From positions 40,444-104,443 of IMG/VR virus record IMGVR_UViG_3300035150_000015: a DNA stretch of 64,000 bases, one strand, 5' to 3'. This document shows, piece by piece, positions 29,167 through 38,292 of this stretch. Under the pieces are notes generated by a model. It was not told the origin of the DNA. It saw nothing but the letters and a program-made list of their open reading frames with translations, and made no database searches. Within the stretch, counting starts at the first letter, position 1. The number at the start of each line of letters is the position of its first letter. This DNA comes from a virus. A program made the position numbers and the translations under genes.

Positions 29167-29766
29167 TCACACGATTTTGTGCTCGGCCCGCTCTTCCCAA
29201 CCCTCCAGTGCTGCGCCTAGAGTATTGACAAACAGGTCAAAGGTCTTAGGGTCAAGAACCTTCGTGGCAGCCTCTTGGACAACCTCGATGAGATACCCAA
29301 CCAGTTTCTGGACTCGCTCACTACGAAGGTCCAGCATTTGAACACCAAGCTTCCGGATTTCGAGTTCGATGTTAGCAACCTCCTTGAGAGCGTTAATACG
29401 TCGTGAAGAGGTCTGAGCTGTGTCTGCACGATGTTTTTCAGCCTCAAGCCGGGCAAAGTTCAAAGCCGCTGCTTCCCGGGCAATCTGAACCTTGATGTGG
29501 TGAAGAAGCTCCAGAGATTCCTTTCGGTTAACGGTGGTCTGGACTACAGGATCCTCACCAATGAAGTCCTCTCGACGTCCAGCCATCTCAGCATAGTAGG
29601 CGAGGTCGTTTACCGTAGGTTTGAGCTGCACCTTCTTGGGGCGGCCCCGTCCTCTCTTCACGGGACCAGTGGCCAAATGAAGTGGAACTACAGCGGCTAC
29701 GGCAGAAGTTCGAGAGTCTTCGCCAGTAGGGGTTTCCCCAGGCTTGTTTCCGGTTTTTTCAGTCAT
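29167..29766 (-). CDS. Probable terminase small subunit with AT-hook
   Basis: Directly upstream of terL; KRGRGRPKK; helical C-terminal region. Confidence 0.5.
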   Translation of the reverse strand: MTEKTGNKPGETPTGEDSRTSAVAAVVPLHLATGPVKRGRGRPKKVQLKPTVNDLAYYAEMAGRREDFIGEDPVVQTTVNRKESLELLHHIKVQIAREAAALNFARLEAEKHRADTAQTSSRRINALKEVANIELEIRKLGVQMLDLRSERVQKLVGYLIEVVQEAATKVLDPKTFDLFVNTLGAALEGWEERAEHKIV

Positions 29767-29783
29767 GGTGTTTCTCTCCTCAG

Positions 29784-30146
29784 CTACTCCCCGGGAAGCA
29801 AAAGGTACTGAGAGAGGTTCGAGACCTCATCGTACCCCTTGTCCTTGGGGACCTGCCGGTCCAGTGCCCGAGACAAGTCTTTTCCAGTCTCGGCCAAGTT
29901 CAGGACCCCCAAATTGTTGGGGGTAGGGGAGAACACATCCTTTGGTTGAATATCTCGGTGATGGGGTTTCGTGACGTCCTCTCCCTCCGCACGGCTCTCC
30001 CCGTTATCCTTCACCAATTGGGGGGAAATCCCCCTAGGCTTGTTGACAGGCCGTGTCCGTTGGCGAGCATCCTGACGAGCCCCGGGGGGCTGATCAGCCT
30101 GCTTACAAAACAGAGCAGCTACTCTCAGAGCAAGCGCTGAAGTCAC
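29784..30146 (-). CDS. Hypothetical protein, probable head protein
   Basis: N-terminal LALRVAALF..KQA motif. Confidence 0.55.
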   Translation of the reverse strand: MTSALALRVAALFCKQADQPPGARQDARQRTRPVNKPRGISPQLVKDNGESRAEGEDVTKPHHRDIQPKDVFSPTPNNLGVLNLAETGKDLSRALDRQVPKDKGYDEVSNLSQYLLLPGE

Positions 30147-32113
30147 AATCCTACTTTCTGGTTCTCCCCGAATTCCACCTGTACGTCCAAAGAAGGTACC
30201 TCGGGGTTGAGCTCGAAGCTACCAGTATGATTCTGGAGTTCGTACTCGTCCCTAGTAGAAAGGCTGTGCGCCATGAGGCTCTCAAAGGAAACCTCCGTAG
30301 ACCGGCCCGACTCAAGGATCGCCTTTTGCTCAGCCTTCTTATCGATGTATGAGGGCTCAACCACTAGCTGCTTATTCAGAACAGAGCAGAACCCGGGCCT
30401 CTTGTGATGCACACAAGAGGCACACTTGGAGCCGATCTTGGCGTACTTCACGGCCGAACGGGAACGGTGCAGACGAGCTGCTTCAGTACACCCTTTGCCA
30501 TAGTCATCATAGACCGAAGGATCGATATACTTGATCCCAACAAGTCCCTGTTCAGCCAAAATAGGCCTCAATTCAGCGGCGGCGGCAGCAATGTCACGAG
30601 GGTCGAACCGGCTCTGGAGAGCTGCCCTCAGGTCATCACCGTAGAGACCCTCATTGAGATGCTTAGCGGCGGCCTTGACTACCTCCCTCTTTGCCAGCTC
30701 ACCACTAAGATGGGTCACAGTTGAGCCATAGTGCCCAACTTCCACAGCCATCCGGAGATCTCCGCTAGTCGAGGGCTTGGGCTCCATAGCAGCTTGGTGG
30801 ATAGCCTGCAGGGCCTCTCTTGGGGTGTTCCCCCACTCAAACTGAGAGGCCTCAGGAGGAAGGTTACCTGCCAGACGATGCTCGTCTAGGACCGCCGAAA
30901 CAGTGTCAGGTGTGTAGAGATCCTCAGCCGACTCGACAACCGACTTACCGTACAATAGGCATCGGCCTACCTTGTGGAAAATGCACGACCCACACTTCTC
31001 TCCAGCCACAATCGCCCGAACCTTGCTCGAGTGGCGAGCCAGGAAGTCGGCGCCCTCGTGGCAATCCGAGAACGACGACTGCGTGGAATAAAGAGTGCCG
31101 TAGAGGCCAGCCTCCTTGAGGAGAGGCATCCAATGGTCTTTGGTGGCTTTGAGCTCTTCCACACTGAAAGCCAGTCGAAGGCCTTTGATGAGTTCTGAGG
31201 CAGGCCATCCCTTGAGCATCTCCCTCCGAAGTAAAGCCACAATAGGCCTGGCTTCCTCGGCTGACACCTTGGACTGAGCTTCTTGAGAAGCTTCCCTACT
31301 AGCTGTCAAGACCTCATCGATCTCTTCACTAGAAAGAGCCGGAAGCTTTCGGGGGGCTGCCTGAGGCTGCCCCGTGTATCCTCTGGGACCCTCAGCTTCA
31401 GAAGCCATCATAGCGGCTCTGATCCTATCTCTGGGGGAACCAGCTGAAGCCTGAACTTGCAGTCCTCTAGACTTCTGGGATTGCTCCACCTTATCGGCCA
31501 ACGGCTCCGTATAAGGGACATCCATGACGATCTGCTTCTGGAAGACCCCACAGATCGGATTGGGGCCCCGCATCTGACGGAACTGGCATCCCTCACAGGC
31601 CGACTTTCCACGCACAAAAGGAGCGGAACCAGCGTACCTACGCGCAAACTCCGCAGCCGACCTGGGCTCCTGAGCGCATCTCGGGAAGTCCGCTGCGTCA
31701 ATGTAGTACCGGCCCAAAAGTCCGCGTTCTGCTAGCACACCCGCCAGAGCCGTCCTAGAGCCCCTCAGAGCCTCAAGGTCATACCGAGAGGTCAAAGAGC
31801 TCTGGATCCTAGCCGGGTCCGTAGTCTGCATGATAGCCAAACGAGCAGTCCTGACAATGTCCTCCGGAAGAGCGCGAAGCTTACCGTGAAGGTCCGACAG
31901 ATCCCCCACAGTCTTCGGTTCCCCAGTATTCGGAACAAACTTAGACGGGGCCTCATCCTCATGGGACCACAGAGCTTCCAAGTCTGGGGCTGCATCTAGG
32001 TTCTGCTTGGGCAGTACCTCGGTTTCGTGGTACTGTTGCTCGTCCACATCAAGCCAGTCTAGATCGGAAACGCTGCTTTCCTTCAAGAAATCGGTGAGGT
32101 TTAGGTCAGCCAT
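30143..32113 (-). CDS. Protein with three repeated four-cysteine domains
   Basis: ExGLxGxxY...C...CxxC...C occurs three times; likely start ATG at 32113. Confidence 0.65.
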   Translation of the reverse strand: MADLNLTDFLKESSVSDLDWLDVDEQQYHETEVLPKQNLDAAPDLEALWSHEDEAPSKFVPNTGEPKTVGDLSDLHGKLRALPEDIVRTARLAIMQTTDPARIQSSLTSRYDLEALRGSRTALAGVLAERGLLGRYYIDAADFPRCAQEPRSAAEFARRYAGSAPFVRGKSACEGCQFRQMRGPNPICGVFQKQIVMDVPYTEPLADKVEQSQKSRGLQVQASAGSPRDRIRAAMMASEAEGPRGYTGQPQAAPRKLPALSSEEIDEVLTASREASQEAQSKVSAEEARPIVALLRREMLKGWPASELIKGLRLAFSVEELKATKDHWMPLLKEAGLYGTLYSTQSSFSDCHEGADFLARHSSKVRAIVAGEKCGSCIFHKVGRCLLYGKSVVESAEDLYTPDTVSAVLDEHRLAGNLPPEASQFEWGNTPREALQAIHQAAMEPKPSTSGDLRMAVEVGHYGSTVTHLSGELAKREVVKAAAKHLNEGLYGDDLRAALQSRFDPRDIAAAAAELRPILAEQGLVGIKYIDPSVYDDYGKGCTEAARLHRSRSAVKYAKIGSKCASCVHHKRPGFCSVLNKQLVVEPSYIDKKAEQKAILESGRSTEVSFESLMAHSLSTRDEYELQNHTGSFELNPEVPSLDVQVEFGENQKVGL

Positions 32114-33434
32114 TATCGTCCTGTAAATCCGTGAAAGGGCCTTCACGAAGGGTATGGGTGGTGTAATCGTATCGGACGTACGGAGTTGTAGCATCCTCCC
32201 ATTTTTCACCAGTATCGACTAGCCCCAGATCCTGGTTTAAGCCGTTCTGGGGCAATGAAGGGAGCCCTGATTCCGATTGAATCATGTTATCTTTCGGCCC
32301 CTGGTATTCGTCTCTCCTGGTAACCGGTTTCACTACATCTTGGGGGAGCGTGTCCAAAAGGGCCTGACGCTCGTTCAATTCTACGTCAATTGCTGGAGTA
32401 GTGTCTCCAACAGGCAATGGAGAGAGCTCGGGTAGTGTGCTACTAGGCCCTTCAACACCCTTGTATCCGGACCCTTCGCCAGAGGGGTTCAAATAGTCGC
32501 CAGCCCCCTGGCCGTGAGCTCCGTAACCCAACCCGAAATCCCAGGCTTCCGTCTGAGTCTTGGTGTCGTCTGGGAGTACGGACGTAGCAAACTCCTGACG
32601 AACCTCTTCGTCAGGCATTTGCCGGTAATCGTAGTTCATTCCAGGAGCAGACTCATCCACGACCCACTTGTCCAACGGGAAGTCTGACTGGTCGTTGTAG
32701 GTGCCAAAAGGACCCTGGCCGTCCGAGGGCCCCATATGATCTACTCGAGGCCCAGGAAGCGTGTCCACCGGGTAAGAAGAATTGGCCTGCTTCTGGACCC
32801 CTTGGTTCTCCAGCCCTGCGTTATCATCCTTCTCCTTACGAGGAATGGTCTCTTCGTCAGCTCCCACACCCCCAGAGTCAGGAAGCTTCGAACCAGGTTC
32901 GTTGTCATTCTCCTCTTCGATATCCTTGATCTCCTTCTCGGCTTCGTCTTCCGGATCACCCATGATATCCTGGGACTCTTCAACAAACCGTTGGACATCT
33001 TCCGCGTCATTCTCGGACAACTGGGCCAGCTTGGGCTTCCAGTGTGGAGCACGGATCTCATCGTAGAGAGTATCAGAAATGGAGCTCAAAGACTCGCAAG
33101 CGTCGTACAGCTTCTTGCGGATATCCGTGATTCCCATGACGTAACCACGGCCCCCCAGCTGACCGTCCGGACTAACTGTGGCACTCTTGAGGCGGGAAAA
33201 GTGGCGGTACGCTGCCAGGGCATGGCCCAGGCCTACGCTGGCAGCCCAGAGCGCCTTAGCCATAGGTTTCAGAGCACGAGGGTCGTAGGGGTGCTCCTTG
33301 GGGATATTACGCTTCTGGGGGCCTCCTGGGGGCTCCGGGGGGCCCGATTTGGAGAAAGGGGGGAAAGAGGCCGTACGTATCCCAGGCTCTTGGTATCGAG
33401 CCAAAACTTGCAGAGCCTGTTCACGCTTGCCCAT
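32106..33434 (-). CDS. Hypothetical acidic protein, probable head protein
   Basis: QVLARY...IRTAS N-terminus; long acidic, disordered C-terminal half. Confidence 0.6.
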   Translation of the reverse strand: MGKREQALQVLARYQEPGIRTASFPPFSKSGPPEPPGGPQKRNIPKEHPYDPRALKPMAKALWAASVGLGHALAAYRHFSRLKSATVSPDGQLGGRGYVMGITDIRKKLYDACESLSSISDTLYDEIRAPHWKPKLAQLSENDAEDVQRFVEESQDIMGDPEDEAEKEIKDIEEENDNEPGSKLPDSGGVGADEETIPRKEKDDNAGLENQGVQKQANSSYPVDTLPGPRVDHMGPSDGQGPFGTYNDQSDFPLDKWVVDESAPGMNYDYRQMPDEEVRQEFATSVLPDDTKTQTEAWDFGLGYGAHGQGAGDYLNPSGEGSGYKGVEGPSSTLPELSPLPVGDTTPAIDVELNERQALLDTLPQDVVKPVTRRDEYQGPKDNMIQSESGLPSLPQNGLNQDLGLVDTGEKWEDATTPYVRYDYTTHTLREGPFTDLQDDNG

Positions 33435-33437
33435 AGC

Positions 33438-33719
33438 TCAATCCTTCAGAGGGGTCTCTTCGTTGAAAAGTCTCTGGATGTAGAGACCGTCAGCCTCTCG
33501 AGTAACAGTCCAAAGATCCCGAGTAGACTTGTGTACAAGGGTCTCAGCAGAGAGCCTGTGGAATGGGTCCAGCTGCTCCAGCGAAGCTACCCTGACCTTC
33601 ATCGAAGCGGTTTTTCTCACAGGGATAGCAGACTCGGAGTTGGCCTTGAGAAAGGAATCAATTCCAGTCTCACCAGACGATTCTATACTGTTCAGGTCGA
33701 AATCCATTGGTTTCCTCAC
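33438..33719 (-). CDS. Small hypothetical protein
   Basis: KTAS and RVAS motifs; LVHKSTRDLW. Confidence 0.6.
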   Translation of the reverse strand: MRKPMDFDLNSIESSGETGIDSFLKANSESAIPVRKTASMKVRVASLEQLDPFHRLSAETLVHKSTRDLWTVTREADGLYIQRLFNEETPLKD

Positions 33720-34630
33720 AAAATGACCAACTTGACGGTGACATCCATGTAGCTGTTGGTAGAGTACCCGCTAATGCGCAGGACCTCCTGATAAGTCCCT
33801 GTAGCCATAGAAGCGATTGGGGCGACCGAGACATTGGTGATCTGGGTAGCCCCTGAAGTCAAAGTCCCAGTGACCGGGGCAAAACCAGAGAGCCAGTTTA
33901 CGGCTGTTCCAGTGAGAGCCTGTATCTGGAAGTCCAGCACGGAACCAGACGGCCCAGTATTTTCCACGGTGAGCGGCTGAGAGGGGATCGGCGGGAAATC
34001 GCTGCCATCCAAAGGCTTAATTACGGAGAAGTTCAAGAGTACCGGAGTAGCATCGATAGTAGCTTTCGGCCTCACATTAATGGTGATGGGCAAAGTCTGG
34101 GGGGTATTCGTCGCAGCAGGGTCTTGGATATCTACAGTCTCACTGTAGGGGCTGCTGGAGGAAAGAAGACTTGTCGAGTCCACGGCCACATCGAAAGAGC
34201 CTGATTCGCTGGCTGCCAGATTCCCAACATTAGCCGGAGAAACAGACACGTAAGCGGCCGAGGAGGTAATCGAAGTTCCCAAAAGGGAGCCGAAAACACC
34301 GTTGTTGGTGAGAATGACGTTCTGAGCTACGGAAAACCCTCGTCCCTCGTCTACCTCGAACACGAGAGGAGATGAGGGAGGTGTGAGGAGAATAGACGGC
34401 GGGAAGTTCGATGTGATCTCGGTAATCGAGTCCCCCATAGCCTGAACCACATCCCCTGGAATAGGAATACTGTCCCGTAAAATCCCGTAAGGGGTTGTAA
34501 TTCCTAGTATTTGAAACGTTGGGGAGGTTCCCGTGACATCCATCCGTGTAGTCCAACGCCACACACCTGTAGCTACGCTGACTTGGAACTGGTAGTCTTG
34601 GTATCTGAGGTTCGCGGCGGAAATAGTCAA
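33716..34630 (-). CDS. Ig-like (BACON-type) two-domain virion protein
   Basis: Two beta-sandwich repeats (LTNNG...VSP / VENTG...WL..P.TG.L); TTG start with GGAGG SD. Confidence 0.6.
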   Translation of the reverse strand: MTISAANLRYQDYQFQVSVATGVWRWTTRMDVTGTSPTFQILGITTPYGILRDSIPIPGDVVQAMGDSITEITSNFPPSILLTPPSSPLVFEVDEGRGFSVAQNVILTNNGVFGSLLGTSITSSAAYVSVSPANVGNLAASESGSFDVAVDSTSLLSSSSPYSETVDIQDPAATNTPQTLPITINVRPKATIDATPVLLNFSVIKPLDGSDFPPIPSQPLTVENTGPSGSVLDFQIQALTGTAVNWLSGFAPVTGTLTSGATQITNVSVAPIASMATGTYQEVLRISGYSTNSYMDVTVKLVIL

Positions 34631-34672
34631 GACGCCTCCGCCGAAGCAAGGCAATAAGAGAAAGTTGAGAAT

Positions 34673-35758
34673 CTACGACCAGTTCTGCCCCCTCCCCACC
34701 TTACCAATCAAGGATACGCACACCCCAAACTCCTCTGATAGCTCCTTGTGAGAGGCCCCCTCAGCCAATCTCTGCCTAACCAGAACCACCTTTTTCCTGC
34801 TGAGCTTGGCCGTCCGTTTGGCCTGATTAATCTCTGAGGGGCTCCCCCACTCCCCGTTTCGTATCCATCCTCTAACCGCACACTCCTCACATTCTCCACA
34901 CGAGTAACTCCCCTCCAAATCGGAACGAGAAAACTTGTAGCCGGCTGGTTTTCCCCCCACATCCTCCAAGAAGGCTTCAAAATTGTCCCTCCATCGCGAA
35001 CACATTGTAATTCCAATGGCACCGTATCGAGCGTACCCATCGTGTTTCGTATTGAAGCATCGAGTCTTGATGCTCCCCCAGGTCTTGTATTCTGGAGATC
35101 CCACACCCCCGTGCTTATAGTTTTTATGCTCCGGGCCCGTCTTACAGGACCTCCTGTTGTGGGTCTGTTGAAGCTTGGAGGCCCATCTCACATTCCCCGG
35201 CTCATACCCTTTCTCGTTGTCTATTCGATCCAGGCTGTGCTGAGGAGTAGGACGAGGACCCACATCATGAAAAAAGACAGTGAAGCCATCCACCCACTCC
35301 TGACAAACCGTGATTCCCCTCCCTCCCCAATTAGGATAGTTTGAGCTATTTGGGTTGAGACATCGATCTTTCATTAAGGCCCAAGCATTGTATTCAGGGG
35401 TATGAATTAAACCGTGCTTGAAATTGGTCTTCCTACCCGGATTCCTAACCGGTCTCAATCTATTGGCCGTTCCGTGAGGCCTACGGTTATTGGCCTGCTC
35501 TTTCCAAGTGGCCCATTTCACATTCCCCGGCCTGTAACCATCATCTACGTCTATCCTGTCTAAACTATGACGAGGAGTAGGCCTTGGACCCACATAGGAC
35601 AAAAAAGCCTCAAAGTCATCAATCCAAGCCCCATACACCCCAATACCCCTCCCCCCATAGTTCAGGTAAGCCCTATGGTCAGGATTTATACAGCGAGCCT
35701 TCAGTTGTTGCCAACACTTGTACTCAGGAGTCTTACTAAGCCCGTGTTTTAGGTACAT
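34673..35758 (-). CDS. Free-standing HNH endonuclease with triplicated domain and C-terminal HTH
   Basis: Three HG...PEY..W...K.RC.N units; the first two carry SLDRID...Y.PGNV.WA. Confidence 0.8.
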   Translation of the reverse strand: MYLKHGLSKTPEYKCWQQLKARCINPDHRAYLNYGGRGIGVYGAWIDDFEAFLSYVGPRPTPRHSLDRIDVDDGYRPGNVKWATWKEQANNRRPHGTANRLRPVRNPGRKTNFKHGLIHTPEYNAWALMKDRCLNPNSSNYPNWGGRGITVCQEWVDGFTVFFHDVGPRPTPQHSLDRIDNEKGYEPGNVRWASKLQQTHNRRSCKTGPEHKNYKHGGVGSPEYKTWGSIKTRCFNTKHDGYARYGAIGITMCSRWRDNFEAFLEDVGGKPAGYKFSRSDLEGSYSCGECEECAVRGWIRNGEWGSPSEINQAKRTAKLSRKKVVLVRQRLAEGASHKELSEEFGVCVSLIGKVGRGQNWS

Positions 35759-35764
35759 GGCCTC

Positions 35765-35775
35765 AGTATATACCG
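35765..35775 (-). promoter_or_regulatory. Motif A variant CGGTATATACT
   Basis: About 7 nt upstream of the HNH ATG. Confidence 0.5.
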
Positions 35776-35815
35776 AATTGTGGCAAGTTCACTTCAAAAT
35801 GTTATCTGAAAGTGC

Positions 35816-36466
35816 TTAAAAACACTCGTCTCCTCCCCGGTCACTCCACTGAGGAAGCTTCACTTCTCGAAGAATGTTGAAGTTTTTGCCAGCAATAGCG
35901 CTGAAAACCTTGTGATATGGCTCAAACTCAGGGTCCTTGGCTGCAGCAGCCTCCAGAATCCTGACGGCCTTGAAAAACCTATGGCGGACCTGACCTTGTG
36001 TCCGGTCAAGACTTTTTGCGACCTCGCTCTGGCAAGTGGTATCCCACATACCCACCAGAATGTCTACGTCTACAGGTTTGGGGAAAACTTTTGGTAAATC
36101 CCTCCTGAGATCCTCCTCAGTCACCTGGGGAATCGACAACAAGAACTTGATTCGCTGTATCCCCCTGTCTAGTCTGTAGGAAATAGCTGCTTGAGTAACG
36201 CCGAATATGACCGCAATGTCCGCCTGCCGTTTCTTACGGAGGAAATACAATGTGATCAAATCAGCCTCGCGTTCAGGAATCCTATCCAAGAGCGGCCTGA
36301 TTCTTGTCTCGTAGTCGCTGCCTGTGAACAGAGCTACATCTTCGGTAGAAAGCTCCTCGGTCTCCTCATACTCAGAGTCTTCCTCTTCACCGGGTTCTCC
36401 CGGAGTATAGGAAAAACGATTGGATAGTTCAGTCGGGTCGACGGGAATAACGTACCCTTGACTCAT
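35816..36466 (-). CDS. Protein with two tandem sigma70 region-4-like HTH domains
   Basis: IPEREADLITLYF...QADIAVIFGVTQAAISYRL, then QSEVAKSLDRTQGQVRHRF; no region 2 recognisable. Confidence 0.7.
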   Translation of the reverse strand: MSQGYVIPVDPTELSNRFSYTPGEPGEEEDSEYEETEELSTEDVALFTGSDYETRIRPLLDRIPEREADLITLYFLRKKRQADIAVIFGVTQAAISYRLDRGIQRIKFLLSIPQVTEEDLRRDLPKVFPKPVDVDILVGMWDTTCQSEVAKSLDRTQGQVRHRFFKAVRILEAAAAKDPEFEPYHKVFSAIAGKNFNILREVKLPQWSDRGGDECF

Positions 36467-38292
36467 TGAGCCTCGCTGTGTCTGAAAAAGGTGGTCAAAA
36501 CTGACTTAGGGCTGACTTCTATCTGTTTCAAGAGAGATACGACTCCCTCAGGACTAACGTCTGGTCCCTTGATTGAGACAGTAACATCCTCAAGGGTCAT
36601 CAGCCTCAAATTCAATCTTACCTGAGGTTCGGCCAAACGCAACCTTTCGTACTGATTTCTCGTAAGGCCGGCCAGCCCAGAATTGTACACACCGTCCACA
36701 GACCCGTGGGCCTTCACCAGGTCCCTCAAGATCTTCTTCGGCACCCTAGGAACCCCCGGAAGATTGTCAGAAGTGTCCCCAAAGAAGGCTCTGAGTTGGC
36801 ATATGTCCTCAGGGAACACGCCCCAATCCTTCCGGACTCCATCAGGGTCGTACAGAATTTCTTTGCGGGACCCGGCCTTGGGGACCAACAGGCTAGTGTT
36901 TTTCGACACTAATTGGAGGAAGTCACGATCATTGGAGAAAATCAAATTCTGTTGACCCTGTAGCTCATTATGCACCAAGGAAGCCAGAACATCATCCGCC
37001 TCATTACCGGGGCTCTCGGCCTGACGGACACCCAACAGCGGTAAAACTCGGTAGAGCAAGTCCAGTTGTTCGTCTGTTCCTTCCCGGTGAGTACGATTAG
37101 CCTTGTACTCTCCGTAAATAGATCTTCGTTTGGAGCCCCCGCGATCTCGATCCCACGCCACGTAGAATACGGCTTCTGGGTACCTCTTCTTCAGGGCACC
37201 CAGTGAGTTCAGAAAGCCCACCACCATTCCAGTGAAACGCCCGTGAGAATCCCTAAGCTCATTCAAGCCAGGGGCCAGCCAGCACCGGTAGGCAAGGTTA
37301 TAACCATCGATAAGGATATTCTGTATCATATTTTTCTTCCCACTATAACGCACTACTTGATACTCCAAACGGTCCAAGCTCTCCCCCAAACTACGAATCT
37401 TGGCCAATACGGCCTCAAACCAAGTAAGTTCAGACAGCTTGTCCTCGATCTCTTCGGGGCTCACAGCATCAGACAAGAAACGGCTCAAGGACATAGTCTC
37501 TTCCCACAAGGGGCCCGCCCTGCCCATCAACCTAGTTGTCTCTGATACTCTGACCCACGTCTTCTGCAAGGTCAGAGACTTATGGTCCAATGACCCATTG
37601 AACAAGGCCACTATCGGCCACCAGGTCAAACCCTGGTCGCACCAAGTATACAGCTCATGGTACTTGTCATATGCCTTGAGAAGGGGCTCCACAGGTGAGT
37701 CCCAGGACAGGATAGGAGCAGCTTTCTGTGTCCACACCTTCAGAGCATTCAACTTAGAGAGAGCAGGTGAAAGTGGAGCTCTATCAACCACTCTCAAGAA
37801 CGACCGAGGAAGAGTGATCAAGCTCTCTTTGCTCCGAAGACACACATATACCTGAACCCTCCCCTGTTCTGGAATTTCCTCAATTACAGTAGCCTCAATA
37901 TTCCTGTAAGGGCCGCTGGTAACCAAGACTGTGTCACCCACCCCAATGCCCTGATCGACCTCCGCCTCAACCTGACGCCGCATCTTCTCCACTTCAGAAG
38001 TCGTGATGGTCGCCAGTTGTCGTTGCTTACCGGCCCCCGGTTCTGTGAGGACTGATTGAATGTAACGAGTGTTTTCTAGACGCAAGTAAGCCGAATCGGT
38101 ATGCTCGTAGCGAACAAAAGCATACCCCTCCACCAGATAATGCACCACCCGGTCATCCCCTATCTGGGTCACGACGGCTGGAACAAACACCTCCGCATCC
38201 TTAACGGTGGCCCGAACCACCTGCCGAATCAGGTCTGGGTCCTCGCCCTCACTGCGTGAGGCCAACTCTAAAACTATCCACTTGTCGGTCAT
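36463..38292 (-). CDS. NusG-like (NGN+KOW) domain fused to Pol I-type 5'-3' exonuclease/flap endonuclease
   Basis: WIVL, VFVP, GYAFV, VGDTVLVTSGPY; then LIDGYN, YKANR, EADD, DRDFLQL, GDTSDNLPGV in one ORF. Confidence 0.85.
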   Translation of the reverse strand: MTDKWIVLELASRSEGEDPDLIRQVVRATVKDAEVFVPAVVTQIGDDRVVHYLVEGYAFVRYEHTDSAYLRLENTRYIQSVLTEPGAGKQRQLATITTSEVEKMRRQVEAEVDQGIGVGDTVLVTSGPYRNIEATVIEEIPEQGRVQVYVCLRSKESLITLPRSFLRVVDRAPLSPALSKLNALKVWTQKAAPILSWDSPVEPLLKAYDKYHELYTWCDQGLTWWPIVALFNGSLDHKSLTLQKTWVRVSETTRLMGRAGPLWEETMSLSRFLSDAVSPEEIEDKLSELTWFEAVLAKIRSLGESLDRLEYQVVRYSGKKNMIQNILIDGYNLAYRCWLAPGLNELRDSHGRFTGMVVGFLNSLGALKKRYPEAVFYVAWDRDRGGSKRRSIYGEYKANRTHREGTDEQLDLLYRVLPLLGVRQAESPGNEADDVLASLVHNELQGQQNLIFSNDRDFLQLVSKNTSLLVPKAGSRKEILYDPDGVRKDWGVFPEDICQLRAFFGDTSDNLPGVPRVPKKILRDLVKAHGSVDGVYNSGLAGLTRNQYERLRLAEPQVRLNLRLMTLEDVTVSIKGPDVSPEGVVSLLKQIEVSPKSVLTTFFRHSEAQ

